Of a stretch of 64,000 nucleotides of DNA, positions 17,638-28,860 are shown piece by piece. The position numbers and the translations under genes were made by a program. The notes under the pieces were generated by a model, which searched no databases, had not been told where the DNA came from, and saw only the letters and a list, made by a program, of their open reading frames with translations. The stretch spans positions 45,331-109,330 of the forward strand of contig JBDRYB010000006.1 in NCBI GenBank assembly GCA_039803205.1. The letters run 5' to 3'. Source of the DNA: a candidate division WOR-3 bacterium (GTDB taxonomy: Bacteria; Hydrothermota; Hydrothermia; JBDRYB01). Numbering within the stretch: the first letter of the stretch is position 1; each line of letters begins with the position of its first letter.

Positions 17638-20278
17638 CTTGCGCCTCAGAAACTTTCTGAGCCACGAGGATACCTATGTTGAGTTTCCCGAGACAGGGAT
17701 AACCCTCATCTCCGGCGAAAACGCAACGGGGAAGAGCTCCCTCTTTGATGCCTTCCGTTTCGCGCTCTTTAGTAGGAAGGCTTTCCCAAGGCCGAGAGAC
17801 CTTATTTCAAAGGGAGCAAAGAGTTTCTCGGTTGAGGCTAAATTCAAACACAAGAACTCCACCTACACCATTATAAGGGAGTATACGGTGGCAGGAGATA
17901 CTCTGAGACCAACAAGGGCTGAGATCAGGGTTGACGGAAGGCTGGCCGCGGAAGGGGTTAACCCCGTTGACTCTTTCATCATCCGTGAAATAGGCTTGAA
18001 TCACGAGATGTTCAAGTATTCAGTAATGGCTGTTCAGAACGAGATAAGTGGGGTTCTGGGGCTTTCCTCCCAGGAAAGGAAGGCAGTTTTTGAGAGGATG
18101 TTCGGGTATCAGCATCTTATCCTCATTGCTGAGGCTGTCAGGTCTCTTGCGGAATCCGATAGGGATTTGATTAATGGGCTCCTGGGTTCAAAAGGATACA
18201 AGAGCAAAGCGGGGCTTGAGCACGATATATCGCAGAAAAATGCCTCTCTCAGCGAGCAGAAAAGCGCTCTTTCCGCGCTGATCTTGGAGAAGGAGGCCCT
18301 CAAAACCGAAGAAAGAAGGCTGTCAGAAAAAGGGAGGGCCATAGAGGAAGAGGACAAGGCCCTAAAGGAAGCCGAGATAGAAAAAGCCGCTATTCTGAGC
18401 GAGATAAGGGTGAGGGAGGAGGAGATAACCAGCCTGGAGAGGTGGTGTCAGGAAAGCAGAAGAAAGATATCCGAATTACCGGAGCTAAAGGAATCGCTTG
18501 CCCAATTGGAAGGCCCACTTGCCGAGCTTTCCGCGCTTAGAGAGGAGGAAGACTTGGTGGAGATATACGAGAAAAGGGGTTCCGAGGCCTCGGCGCTTGA
18601 GAAGAGGCTTGAGGAAATAAATGGATACGAGAAGGAACTCGCGAGGCTTTTCCCGATTCACGAGGAGTTTCTGAGACTTCATGAGGAGGAAAGGAGGGCT
18701 CAGGAAGAGCTCGTGGGGTTCAAGGAGGCGTTTGGAAAGGCCACTGAGCTCACAGAGAGACTTAACTGGGCCAGGAGAAAGAGAGAGCTTGCGGAACAAA
18801 AACTTCAGGAGTTTTCCGGCATAGCTGAGACAAAGGGCGATCTCCTGGCTAGGATAGAGGCGAACGAATCCGAGCTCAGAAAAACCGAGGCGGAGCGCGG
18901 CGCGGCCGAGGAAAGGGCTAAAAAGGCCCAGAAGGACATTTCCGAGGTTCAGACCCTTGGGGAAATATGCCCTCTCTGCAAACAGACGCTCAGCCAGGAA
19001 CACAAGGCTCGCGTTCTCGGGATATTGGAGAAGGAGTTCAGAGAGGCAAGCGGGCTCGTTGATAACCTGGCGGCAAAACTGGAGGCGCTCAAGAAGGAAA
19101 TTGAAGAATTGAAGAGAATGGTCCAGAAAGCGGAGCAGAAGGAGCGCTTGAGCGAGGAGCTTCTGGGCCTTCTCGCCGAGGAAAAGGAGCTGAGGGAACG
19201 GCTTGAGGCGCTTTCCGGCGTAAAGGAGAAGCACGAGGCTCTCGTATCAAAACTGTCTGAGCTCCGCGGGAAAATACAGGAGCTTGAGCCGGATGAGAAT
19301 GCTTTCGTGGCCGCTGAGGATTTTATCCGGAGGAACCCCAAGGGGGAACTTGAGCTCAAGCTGAGCGATATCAGAAAAGAAATGGAGGCGCTCAGGGCCA
19401 AAAGGCGATTCCCGGACATGGGCCTGGATGAGATAAAAAAGAGGATAAATGACCTTCTCCCATCAGAGAAGACAGCGATAAAAATATCTTCGGCTATAGA
19501 AACCCTGGAGGCCCTCGCGATTGAATTGGTAAACCGGGAATCAACCCTCGGGTCAAAAAGATCCGAGCTTGCAGAGAGTAGGGCAAGACTTGACAGACTC
19601 AGAGGCATTGAGGAGAAAAGGGCGGAACTGGAGAAGAGAAAAAGGGCTCACTCGGAGGCCCTTGAACTTCTACGGAATAAGCAGGAAGAGCTGAACGAGC
19701 GAGAGAACGACTTGAGCAAGGCTGTGGCATTCGCGGAACAAGAGCTGCGTAATCTATCGGATATACACGCTACAATTGAGCAGTCCGAGAAAAGGATCGG
19801 CCTGTTCTCAAGGATAAGGGAGAAACTGGAGTCGCCTCAGGGAATAGAGGGAGAATTCAAACTCTCCATGCGCAGGCTTGAGGACAACCTGAACGCTTAT
19901 TTTCGGGACTTTTCATTCTCCGGCCTCCACAAGGTTCGTCTGAACGAGAATTTTGAGCCGGTCAAAATAGATGAGATGGGGAGGGAGATGGCGAGGCTCT
20001 CGGGAGGGGAACAGGTTGCTCTGGACATAGCCATGAGGTTCTCAATAGCAAGGACGCTTCTTGGCACAGAGAGTGAATCCCTTTTCCTTGACGAGCCAAC
20101 CCACAACCTTGACCAGGAAAGGATGTCATCCCTACGACAACTCCTCATGCAATTCAGAACCCACCCCATCTCGCCCCAATTGATAATAATAACCCACGAA
20201 GAGGACATGAAAGCGGTAGCTGACACCACAATTGAGGTGATAAAGGAGGGGGGGTTTTCAAGGGTGATATTAGAGTGA
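17624..20278 (+). CDS. sbcC: Rad50/SbcC SMC-like ATPase
   Basis: GENATGKS Walker A, coiled coil with CPLC zinc hook, LSGGE signature, FLDEPT..LD, ITH. Confidence 0.92.
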   Translation: MRLISLRLRNFLSHEDTYVEFPETGITLISGENATGKSSLFDAFRFALFSRKAFPRPRDLISKGAKSFSVEAKFKHKNSTYTIIREYTVAGDTLRPTRAEIRVDGRLAAEGVNPVDSFIIREIGLNHEMFKYSVMAVQNEISGVLGLSSQERKAVFERMFGYQHLILIAEAVRSLAESDRDLINGLLGSKGYKSKAGLEHDISQKNASLSEQKSALSALILEKEALKTEERRLSEKGRAIEEEDKALKEAEIEKAAILSEIRVREEEITSLERWCQESRRKISELPELKESLAQLEGPLAELSALREEEDLVEIYEKRGSEASALEKRLEEINGYEKELARLFPIHEEFLRLHEEERRAQEELVGFKEAFGKATELTERLNWARRKRELAEQKLQEFSGIAETKGDLLARIEANESELRKTEAERGAAEERAKKAQKDISEVQTLGEICPLCKQTLSQEHKARVLGILEKEFREASGLVDNLAAKLEALKKEIEELKRMVQKAEQKERLSEELLGLLAEEKELRERLEALSGVKEKHEALVSKLSELRGKIQELEPDENAFVAAEDFIRRNPKGELELKLSDIRKEMEALRAKRRFPDMGLDEIKKRINDLLPSEKTAIKISSAIETLEALAIELVNRESTLGSKRSELAESRARLDRLRGIEEKRAELEKRKRAHSEALELLRNKQEELNERENDLSKAVAFAEQELRNLSDIHATIEQSEKRIGLFSRIREKLESPQGIEGEFKLSMRRLEDNLNAYFRDFSFSGLHKVRLNENFEPVKIDEMGREMARLSGGEQVALDIAMRFSIARTLLGTESESLFLDEPTHNLDQERMSSLRQLLMQFRTHPISPQLIIITHEEDMKAVADTTIEVIKEGGFSRVILE

Positions 20279-21415
20279 ACCGATAGCGGACGCGAACGCG
20301 TCTCTCATTCTCCTAGCGTAGAGCTCAGGCCCAAACACCTCTTTTGCCCTTCGGATTCCCTTTTGACCGAGCTCGCGCCTGAGGGCCTCATCCTTGATCA
20401 GCCGGATCATGGCATCCGCCATAGCCTCAGTATCAAACGGGGGGATGAGAATCCCAGCATCCCCAAGAGCCTCCTTTGCCCCACCTGTGTCGCTTGATAT
20501 AACCGGAACCCCCAAGGCCATACCCTCCAGAACGCTGAATGGGAGACTCTCCCTTGCTCCCCCTCTTGGGACACTGGGATTGAGGACCAAAAGGGCTTTT
20601 GAGGCCCAAGACATCGCCTCTTCCCAGGAAAGCATACCGAGAAAAACAACCCTCTTGAGATCGCGCTCCTTGATGAGGTTCCTGAGAGAAGGCTCCTCGG
20701 GCCCAGAACCCGCGATATACAGAAAAACTTCAGGAAGCTCTCTCTCAACCCTCTCCCACGCCGATATAGCGAGATCGACCCCCTTCTCAGGCGTCAGCCT
20801 TGCGGAGACAAAGATATACGGGCCGGTCCGGGGCACATCGGGTAGCTCGGGAACTATAATTGGGTTATGGACAACCCTCACACGAGAGACATCAATGCCG
20901 AGAGCCGCGATCCTATCACGCAGGTTATGTGATACAGCGCAGGTCACGGGCGCCTCCCTGATGCTTTTTCTGAGCAGGTGATCTGAGAAGATGACGAGGG
21001 GATGATCCGGTGGGATCCCCTCAGCCCTGATGAGCTCAGAGTCTACACTGTGAAGGTGAAGGACCCAAGGAACGCGCTCGGCTCTCAGGAAATCCAAGAT
21101 GAGGCCCGCGGCCAGGCTTCCCTGGATGTGAAGGACATCGGGATTGTGGAAGCGGCTCAGCCTCCTGGTTATGCCAGCCAAGGCCGGGCCCGTGAGCCTC
21201 CTGCGCATGTCTATTTCGTATGGGGTTCCTGCAAACCAGGAGAGGGCTTTGACTATGGCGCGGAGAGGCCTTCTTGGCTCCCTGTGATTTAGCCAGTGAT
21301 CCGGAATCACATATTGAATTCCCTCGGCCTCAAGCGCCTTTCTGGTTATTTCGAGGAATGTCCATACCCCTGTTACCCAGTCCTTCTTTGCAAGCGTAAT
21401 CGCTAGAACCTTCAT
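20270..21415 (-). CDS. Glycosyltransferase family 4
   Basis: RL..EKG, E......LEGMALG.PVI.SD.GG. Confidence 0.9.
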   Translation of the reverse strand: MKVLAITLAKKDWVTGVWTFLEITRKALEAEGIQYVIPDHWLNHREPRRPLRAIVKALSWFAGTPYEIDMRRRLTGPALAGITRRLSRFHNPDVLHIQGSLAAGLILDFLRAERVPWVLHLHSVDSELIRAEGIPPDHPLVIFSDHLLRKSIREAPVTCAVSHNLRDRIAALGIDVSRVRVVHNPIIVPELPDVPRTGPYIFVSARLTPEKGVDLAISAWERVERELPEVFLYIAGSGPEEPSLRNLIKERDLKRVVFLGMLSWEEAMSWASKALLVLNPSVPRGGARESLPFSVLEGMALGVPVISSDTGGAKEALGDAGILIPPFDTEAMADAMIRLIKDEALRRELGQKGIRRAKEVFGPELYARRMRDAFASAIGSL

Positions 21416-22731
21416 CTCATCCTCCTCCACATGAAAAGGAGCATTACGATGGTATTCACGGTTATGGTTATGGTGGTAGCTGAGGCGAGGCCAGCTATGC
21501 CAAACGGCTTTATGAGGAGCCAGTTCAGGGAAACGCTCAGGAACGCGGCAATCAAATTCATCAAGAGGGGAATCCTGAATTCCTTCATCCCCCTGAAGGT
21601 GGCAAGGGCTATGTGAGAGCCAAACAAGGGAAACAGTGCAAATCCATAGCAGGAAAGCGCTTTAGATGTGGCATCTGTTGCCAAGGCTCCGAACGCTCCT
21701 CGCTGGAAAACAGCCATTACTATGGGCTTTGAAAAGAGCACGACAAACAGGCTTGTTGGAATGAGGGCGAGCGCGCCCAGGCCGATAAGCCTCAATGTAA
21801 ATCGCCTGAGGCCGCGGATCTCGCCTTTTGATGCCATTTCAGATGCCTTCGTGAGGTGAACTGTGGTCAGAGCAGTCATTATAACCAAGGGTATCTCAAA
21901 GAGCTTCCAGGCGTATCCAAGAGCGGCTATTGAACCTTCGGGCAAAGATGAGGCAAAAGCCCTGTTTATCGTTATGTATATCTGATCAATCACATAGCCC
22001 AAAAGAAGAGGAGAAGATAGGGCAAGGAACTCCTTTGTCTCCGGGCCTCTCATTTTTCCAAAAATTGATGCCTTTCGCAGGATCGGAAACAAGAGCGCGG
22101 CCGCGGCAGCGAGATAACCGACGCTCCAGCCTATTCCAAGGGAATATATTCCAGCCAAGGGCGCGAGAAACATCAGGCCAATCACTCCCGCGTTCAGTAT
22201 TATCCCGGATAACTGCGGAAGCCCAAAGTTCCTCCTCGCGTTGTAGTATGCCGAAGCCAGATGGGTGAAGATTATGCCTATTGTCGTGGGAAGCATGAGG
22301 TATACGAGCTTAGCTCCTATCCACCGAGTATCCGAGGAAAACATTGGCCCCACAGCGCGCACGAAAAGCGGAGCCAGGCACCCCAAAACCGCCGAAAGGC
22401 CGAGGCTCGCTATAAGAGCCAATGTCCCGAATGAGCCGAATAGCCTGGATTGCGCCTCATCCCCCTCCTTGAGGCCCTTATCAACGAGCATAGGGGTTGC
22501 CACCACCAGGAACGGGGTTGCCAGAAGTATGGCCGTGAGATGGTAAATGGTCTGAGCGGCAACAAAAGCGTCAACCCCAGCTGTTGCCCCGAAGAAGAAG
22601 GCAACGAGGATCTCCCTGAGAAAACCCATGGCCTTTGAGGTGAACGAGAGGGCTGTGACGACAATAAAGCCCCGCTTTCCGGATTGTCCCTCGGAAAACG
22701 CTCCCCTGAGATACCACCCTACGCTCCTCAT
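21412..22731 (-). CDS. MurJ/MviN-like MOP flippase
   Basis: SK.MGF.RE...A.FFGA...DAF, FQRGAF; ATGA overlap with the upstream glycosyltransferase. Confidence 0.8.
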   Translation of the reverse strand: MRSVGWYLRGAFSEGQSGKRGFIVVTALSFTSKAMGFLREILVAFFFGATAGVDAFVAAQTIYHLTAILLATPFLVVATPMLVDKGLKEGDEAQSRLFGSFGTLALIASLGLSAVLGCLAPLFVRAVGPMFSSDTRWIGAKLVYLMLPTTIGIIFTHLASAYYNARRNFGLPQLSGIILNAGVIGLMFLAPLAGIYSLGIGWSVGYLAAAAALLFPILRKASIFGKMRGPETKEFLALSSPLLLGYVIDQIYITINRAFASSLPEGSIAALGYAWKLFEIPLVIMTALTTVHLTKASEMASKGEIRGLRRFTLRLIGLGALALIPTSLFVVLFSKPIVMAVFQRGAFGALATDATSKALSCYGFALFPLFGSHIALATFRGMKEFRIPLLMNLIAAFLSVSLNWLLIKPFGIAGLASATTITITVNTIVMLLFMWRRMR

Positions 22732-23846
22732 CTCAGATAGCTCCAAGGCAAAACCCCGGTGGGTTTCCTCAGGGGGGCTGGCCTCTCTGGCAAGCGCTCG
22801 ACCCGCTCAAGGAAGCGATCGAAGTCGCGTTCCCAGCAGGCCCTCTCTCTTACTATGGACCTGTTGACTTCTCTGGCTTTCTCCAAGAGCTCGGGCCTCC
22901 TGAAACACAACTCCAGCCTCTGAGCAAGCTCCTCAGGGCAATAGGGATTGAAAACCAATCCGTTCAATCCATTAACCACCCACTCAGATTTTGCTGGGAG
23001 ATCGGATACAACGGGAAATGCTCCCAGGGCCATCGCCTCGAGGAGGGAGACCGGGGTAGTGTCCGAGAGGGAGGCAGAGATGAATATGTGGGAGGCCGCG
23101 AGCCGATCGCAAAGCTCGTCTTCAGGAAGCCATCCCGTTACCTCTGCGGGTATGCCTCGCTGAGCTATCTCATTCCGGAGGGCTTTCTCCAGGGTCCCGC
23201 CCGAGGCAAACGCCATCGTGAACTCGTGGCCCCTACCCTTCAGCAACGATAAAGCCTCAATTATCACAAAGGGCGCGTAAATGGGCTCAAGCTTGCGGTG
23301 GCTTATTATCCTCCAAGGAGGGCCCGGCCTGAACTCCGGGAGGGGCCTTTCCAGGAGATCGCGCGGAAGCCCATAGGGCATGAAAAATATCTTTTCCGAG
23401 GGGACGCCGAAATCCTCCACGAGTATCCTGTCCGCAACCCTCGCGTCTGTCTGTATTAAGTGAGCCCTCCTAAAGACAAACCGGAGGATAGCCCTGTGTA
23501 TAGGGCTCCTACGAGGGCTCACGAGGATGTCCGGGCCCCACAGGGAAACAACGAGCTTCTCTCTCTCCGCGATTAAAGCGGCCAGAAACCCATATCCGGT
23601 TGCCATGTGCGCGTTGATGAAATCCGGCCCGAAATCAGAGGAAAGGCCCTTGATCCTGTTTGTGGATGAAAGATACCTAAGAGGCCTGAAATTGATATTT
23701 GGGTTTATGTAGACGGTTATCCCTCTGAGCTCCTCCCTCGGCGGCTCAAGGCTCGCAAGAAGCACATCCACCCCTCTTGTCCTGTATGCCCTGACCCACT
23801 TCAGGGTGTGAAAAGATGAGGCATCCGAAAGCAGGAGAACCCGCAC
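22728..23846 (-). CDS. Glycosyltransferase family 4
   Basis: S.HT.KW, WG.DI, SLLEAMA.G..PVVSD.P. Confidence 0.9.
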   Translation of the reverse strand: MRVLLLSDASSFHTLKWVRAYRTRGVDVLLASLEPPREELRGITVYINPNINFRPLRYLSSTNRIKGLSSDFGPDFINAHMATGYGFLAALIAEREKLVVSLWGPDILVSPRRSPIHRAILRFVFRRAHLIQTDARVADRILVEDFGVPSEKIFFMPYGLPRDLLERPLPEFRPGPPWRIISHRKLEPIYAPFVIIEALSLLKGRGHEFTMAFASGGTLEKALRNEIAQRGIPAEVTGWLPEDELCDRLAASHIFISASLSDTTPVSLLEAMALGAFPVVSDLPAKSEWVVNGLNGLVFNPYCPEELAQRLELCFRRPELLEKAREVNRSIVRERACWERDFDRFLERVERLPERPAPLRKPTGVLPWSYLR

Positions 23847-23890
23847 TGGATAAAGTATAAACCAACCCGAGAACCCAGAGAAATAACCCG

Positions 23891-26326
23891 CTATGCCTTT
23901 ATCCTCATCCGCCTCATCAGATCCCTGGTCCTTATTGTCTTTCTCTTGCCCGTGAAGGAGACCTCAATCGCGACCTCCCCCTTCCACCCCCCAAGCCCAA
24001 AGTGCAGAACCTGGGAGCTCTGGGATGTTGTTCCCTTCGCGAATTCAACCTGTCTCATCATTAAATCATCCCCGGCCACCAGCCTCACAACCGCCCCGCG
24101 AGGCAAGCCCTCTATTTCAATCCAGGAGTTGTCTTTATCTGTCTCGTTGACCAGGAAACGAAAGCCTGAGCCAGAGCCTATAGCAATATCTAGATCGCCG
24201 TCGTGGTCAAAATCCAAGACCGCGTTTCCCCAGCCGTTCAGGACGCGCGCGCCCGCGAGATATGTTACATCCTGGAAACGGGCCTCGCCCGTCTCAGAGA
24301 GCATGTTCTGGTAGAGATAGCTCCTCTCCTTCTCGTAGACAGAGGTGATAAACAGGTCAAGGTCCCCGTCGTTGTCAAAATCCCCCCACAGCGGCTCTGA
24401 GTGGCACTCATCGTAGGTTATCCCGGATTCCTGTCGGAGGTCCTGGAAGGGCGCGTCCCGGTTCCCTGTTGCCTGATAGAGGACGGTTTTCTCGGAGAAA
24501 TCTATGTATCTCGGATGAGCGAGGTTGCAGACGATAAGGTCAAAATCCCCATCGTTGTCGTAATCAGCCCAGGAGGCCCCTATTGAATGGCCGAACCAAT
24601 CCCTCGTGTCCCTTCCGGCTACTCCATAACGAAAAGCCGAATCTGTCAAAAACCCTCCCTGGTTTATGTAAAGGAAATTTCTCTGGAGCCTATAGTTGGT
24701 CACATAGAGGTCCATATCCCCGTCCAGATCAAAATCACAAGGCGCAACCCCCCTTCCGCAGAGGGTCTCTGGGCCTATATCGGTTGGCGTGTATTTCCCT
24801 TTCTCGTTGAGGTAAAGGAGATCCGGGGTCCCCTTCCCAAGTCCTCCTGACTCGTAGTTAGCCAGGTATATCTCCGGCCAGCCATCCCCGTTCAGGTCAA
24901 AGGCTGATGCCCCTTCTGTTGGGAGGGTGTCAGAGAGGCCTGCGGCGGTTTCCGCGAACCGCTTTCCCTTCTCGTTTCTGAAGAGCCTCTTGGCCTTTCC
25001 AATGATGAGAATGTCATCCCAGCCGTCTTTATCATAATCAAGGAAAATCGCGCCCGATCCCCAGACACCCGATAGCCCAACCCTATCCGTTACCTCCCTG
25101 AACCCCTTGCCCTTCTGATTCTCAAACAATCTTCCCTGCAGAAGGACATCCTCCCATCCGTCTCTGTTGTAATCCCCAACAGCCACGCGGGAGGCTCTCA
25201 GATCCGCCGGAAAACCAAGCTGAACCGTCTTGTCTGAAAACTTGATTCCGGAGTAACCAAAGAGGCTCCTGGCTTCCGAAACCGGGTCAACAATACCCAT
25301 CTCAGAAAGGGCAATCAGGGACTTCTCTGGCCATGTGTTTCTGGGAGAACCGAGAATAACCGATAGCAGAAAGTGCTCAGCCGCCTGGGATCGGTTGCCC
25401 CTTCCTCGCTCAAGGATGCCCATCGTGTAGTGATACATGGAGACGAGGCCGAGGTCGTTGTTCAAGGGGGGCAATTTAGCATCCCCCCAGAGCTCCTCAT
25501 CCTGCGCGGCCGAGAGCATAGCATGATAGAACAAGGCCCTGAGCCTTTTTTCATCGGAGGACTCAAGGCCATCGCCCTCAATGGGCCTCTCCTCAGCGAG
25601 GATGTAGGCCTGCTTTGCCCAGTCCGCGGCCTCATGCACATCAAGCCCGAAGCTCACGACCAGGCTCGCGGAGGTAAGGAGGAGCTCCGGGTCATCCGGC
25701 CTTCTCTTCGTCCACCTCCTGAGCTCAGCTATGGCGCCGGTTGTATCCCCAAGGCTCAGCATCGCCACGATCTTTATCCGCAAAGGCCAGCTGAAGGCTG
25801 GACACCTCCAAATGCGTTCCTCAAGCGCCGCGATCCTCCTTATGCGTTCGGAGTCCGGAAGCACCAGCGCGTTGTTAGCGAGCTCCTTGACATACCTTAC
25901 TGAGCCTGGGCAATTCGGGTCAAGGCTGATAAGCCTTAGGCCCGCCGAATCCGCTCGTGCCTGGTCATCCAAAAGCCAAGCGGCTTCAAGGGATAGCCTG
26001 AGGGCAAAGGTATCGTTCTGCCGGAAAAGCGAATCAGCTAGCCTAAGAAAGCGGGCTGAGTCAGTTTCAAGGAGCGAAACCATGTAATATCCCCACATCT
26101 CATCGTTCAGAAGATCGCGAAGATCGGAGAAAAGAGGGATCGCTTTGGAATATTCTCTCCATTTGTAATAGGTTATCGCCAGCTCCGCCTTTGCCCTGAG
26201 GGTATCCTCCCCAACATAGATCGCCCTTTTGAGCGCTCGCTCGGCTTCCGAGAACATGTGGCACCGGCGGAACAAAACCCCCTCTTCTATGTCCCCGCCC
26301 AAGAGAAGGAAGACAAGCATCATCAT
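23891..26326 (-). CDS. TPR + FG-GAP repeat + ASPIC/UnbV (CRTAC1-like) protein
   Basis: N-terminal TPR; repeated D.D.DG..D.; C-terminal SQS...LHFGLG. Confidence 0.85.
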   Translation of the reverse strand: MMMLVFLLLGGDIEEGVLFRRCHMFSEAERALKRAIYVGEDTLRAKAELAITYYKWREYSKAIPLFSDLRDLLNDEMWGYYMVSLLETDSARFLRLADSLFRQNDTFALRLSLEAAWLLDDQARADSAGLRLISLDPNCPGSVRYVKELANNALVLPDSERIRRIAALEERIWRCPAFSWPLRIKIVAMLSLGDTTGAIAELRRWTKRRPDDPELLLTSASLVVSFGLDVHEAADWAKQAYILAEERPIEGDGLESSDEKRLRALFYHAMLSAAQDEELWGDAKLPPLNNDLGLVSMYHYTMGILERGRGNRSQAAEHFLLSVILGSPRNTWPEKSLIALSEMGIVDPVSEARSLFGYSGIKFSDKTVQLGFPADLRASRVAVGDYNRDGWEDVLLQGRLFENQKGKGFREVTDRVGLSGVWGSGAIFLDYDKDGWDDILIIGKAKRLFRNEKGKRFAETAAGLSDTLPTEGASAFDLNGDGWPEIYLANYESGGLGKGTPDLLYLNEKGKYTPTDIGPETLCGRGVAPCDFDLDGDMDLYVTNYRLQRNFLYINQGGFLTDSAFRYGVAGRDTRDWFGHSIGASWADYDNDGDFDLIVCNLAHPRYIDFSEKTVLYQATGNRDAPFQDLRQESGITYDECHSEPLWGDFDNDGDLDLFITSVYEKERSYLYQNMLSETGEARFQDVTYLAGARVLNGWGNAVLDFDHDGDLDIAIGSGSGFRFLVNETDKDNSWIEIEGLPRGAVVRLVAGDDLMMRQVEFAKGTTSQSSQVLHFGLGGWKGEVAIEVSFTGKRKTIRTRDLMRRMRIKA

Positions 26327-26378
26327 GCCGAAACAAAGAAATCACGGAGGCGAAAAAGACGGATTCCCGCCCCCGGTA

Positions 26379-26819
26379 TCAATAGACTGCCCTCACCGGA
26401 ACCGAAGGAAGCAGGCTCTCAGTCGTATCCTTGCCCACGACCATCCAAACCCTAACGGATAGGGTATCGGATTCAGTTATGCGGAGGTTGCGCTGAACCA
26501 GATACTCTACCCACCTCTCGGCCTTTTTCTTGATGAGGCCCTCGCTCGTGAACTCACCTATCTCTCTCTCCTTGGCGCTTATTGAGAGCTTTATGACCTC
26601 AGCATCCCCATAGACCTTCAGGAGAAAACGGCCAGGGTATATGGGTTGGCCGAGAGAATCCTTCTCATAGGGGCCCGGCATCTTGTTGACCCAAGCCGCA
26701 CCCTCAATGGCTGGCGTGAGCTTGGGCCCTGTATGTCCCGTATCAGCCTGGGTTTGGGTCTTTGGCCCCCCGCAACCAACCACGATTAGGCCCAACATAA
26801 CCCACAGAGAGCTTTTCAT
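26379..26819 (-). CDS. Hypothetical lipoprotein
   Basis: Lipobox IVVGC; overlaps the EF-G stop codon. Confidence 0.65.
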   Translation of the reverse strand: MKSSLWVMLGLIVVGCGGPKTQTQADTGHTGPKLTPAIEGAAWVNKMPGPYEKDSLGQPIYPGRFLLKVYGDAEVIKLSISAKEREIGEFTSEGLIKKKAERWVEYLVQRNLRITESDTLSVRVWMVVGKDTTESLLPSVPVRAVY

Positions 26820-28813
26820 TTCTTCTCCTCCCTCTCAGCCTGCGCGGCCTGGATTACCCTTCTTGCTATTTCTGGCGGAACCTCATCGTAATGGGAAAAC
26901 TCCATGTCAAACCAACCCCTTCCCCTGGTCTTCGCCCTTATGGCCGCTGTAAAATCAAGGAGTTCCGCCATGGGGACCAGAGCCTTTATCACCTGCCACC
27001 TCCCGTGGGGCTCCATTCCTTGGATCCTTCCCCTCCTGGCGTTTATCTCTGAGATAACATCACCCATGGAGTCATCCGGAACCCAAGCCGTGAGGTTCAT
27101 TATCGGCTCAAGGAGATATGGGTTCGCATTTGCCTCAGCCTCCTTGAAGGCAAGGGAACCCGCTATCTCAAACGCCATGTTTGAGGAGTCAACCTCGTGA
27201 TACTTACCGTCATAGAGAGTAACCTTCACATCCACAACAGGGTAACCGGCAAGTGTTCCCGAGGCCATGGCCTTCTTTATGCCGCTCTCAACAGCCGGGA
27301 TGAACTCTTTTGGTATGGCACCACCGAATATCTCGTTCACGAACTCGTAATCCCCACCCCTCGGAAGGGGCTCTATCCTGATGTAGCATATTCCATATTG
27401 GCCGTGCCCGCCGGTCTGCTTTACATATCTCCCCATTGCCTCTGCTTTCGTTCTTATAGCTTCCCTGTATGGCACCTTTGGCCTCTCTTTCTCAACCTGA
27501 ACCTTGAACTTCTCGGCCATCTTCGCGAGGATCACATCTATGTGGATGTCGCCATAGCCATAAAGAAGGTGCTGACGCAGTTCTGGATCGTATCTATATA
27601 TGAACGAGGGGTCTTCCGCATTCAACCTTGAAAGGGCCTCTGATAGCTTCTCCTCGTCCCCCCTTGCCTTTGGCTTTATCGCGACAGCGTGCAGAGCCTT
27701 TGGGAGGGTGATCCAGGGCAGTTTGAGTGGCTTTGCTTTGGAGGAAAGGGTGTGGCCGGTTGCGGTTGATTTTAGCTTCACGAGGGCTATTACCTGGCCC
27801 GGGAGCGCCTGAGACACCTCCTTCCTTTCCGCCCCGACGATCCCGTAAATAGCGTTTATCTTCTCGGATTCGCCGGATGAGGAATTGTAGAGCTCCATTC
27901 CGGGCTTCAGGGTCCCAGAAAATACCCTCGTGTAGTATATCTCCCCGAGGTGCGCCTCAGTTATGGTCTTGAAAACGAGAGCGGCTGGGTCTCCGGCTGG
28001 TTCTGGCCTTATCTCATCCTCCCCGGCCTTGATTGGCGGCATCTCGGAAAGGGAGAGCCCAAATCTAGAGATGAAATCAGCAAGCTCTCTCACACCTATT
28101 CCCTCCTTTGCTTCTCCGAAAAACACAGGGGTCAACGAGCCGGATGAGAGGGCCTTCCTCATCGCGCCTGAGAGCTCCTCAGGAGTTATCTCCTGATCCG
28201 AGAGGTATTTCTCCATGAGGGCATCATCCGCCTCTACTATGCTCTCTATGAGGGAGGAACGGGTTTCCTTTGCCTCATCAGGAATATTGGATGGGTCCCC
28301 GAGGAGGTTTATGACCCCTGAGAAATCAGCCCCCTTGCCGATCGGGAAAACAAGCGCCTGGCATGAGACGCCGAATGTTTCCTGAAGCTCACGGAGCGCG
28401 GACAGGGGGTCAGTATCTGGGGATTTGCACTTGCTCAGGAAGAATATCCTGGCCGCGCCGGGCCGTGACCTCTCCCAGAACCTCTCTAGTCCAGAGGCTC
28501 CGGCGCCAACATCAGATACCATAACGATGTTGTCAGCAACAGCGAGCGCGCCCAAGACATCCGCCTGAAAGTCAATGTATCCTGGGGTATCGAGGAGCTG
28601 AATGAGCACATCACCCCAGGGTATATCCGCGACGGATGTGCTTATGGTTGTGCCCCTCTTCCTCTCCTCGGGGTTAAAGTCAAGGGTTCCCGTCTCCAAT
28701 CTGGTTGTAAGGCCCGCGGCATACAACAAAGCCTCCCCCAGGGTTGTCTTTCCCGAGGCGGAGTGACCAACTAGCGCCACAAGCCTCATCTGCCTGGTCT
28801 CATATCCGGACAA
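26816..28813 (-). CDS. fusA: Elongation factor G paralogue (EF-G2 type)
   Basis: GHSASGKTT, DTPG, KQTGGHGQY, DGKYHEVDSS, LLEPI. G2 and G4 motifs are non-canonical. Confidence 0.88.
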   Translation of the reverse strand: MSGYETRQMRLVALVGHSASGKTTLGEALLYAAGLTTRLETGTLDFNPEERKRGTTISTSVADIPWGDVLIQLLDTPGYIDFQADVLGALAVADNIVMVSDVGAGASGLERFWERSRPGAARIFFLSKCKSPDTDPLSALRELQETFGVSCQALVFPIGKGADFSGVINLLGDPSNIPDEAKETRSSLIESIVEADDALMEKYLSDQEITPEELSGAMRKALSSGSLTPVFFGEAKEGIGVRELADFISRFGLSLSEMPPIKAGEDEIRPEPAGDPAALVFKTITEAHLGEIYYTRVFSGTLKPGMELYNSSSGESEKINAIYGIVGAERKEVSQALPGQVIALVKLKSTATGHTLSSKAKPLKLPWITLPKALHAVAIKPKARGDEEKLSEALSRLNAEDPSFIYRYDPELRQHLLYGYGDIHIDVILAKMAEKFKVQVEKERPKVPYREAIRTKAEAMGRYVKQTGGHGQYGICYIRIEPLPRGGDYEFVNEIFGGAIPKEFIPAVESGIKKAMASGTLAGYPVVDVKVTLYDGKYHEVDSSNMAFEIAGSLAFKEAEANANPYLLEPIMNLTAWVPDDSMGDVISEINARRGRIQGMEPHGRWQVIKALVPMAELLDFTAAIRAKTRGRGWFDMEFSHYDEVPPEIARRVIQAAQAEREEKK

Positions 28814-28860
28814 AACTATCTCTCCTTTTTGTGTCCGAAATTATAACGAACCCGCTCGTG

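Noticed and set aside
18485..19608. Long antisense ORFs (also within nadE, the TBDR and the asparaginase)
   Set aside because: Shadows of codon bias on the coding strand; no independent signals.
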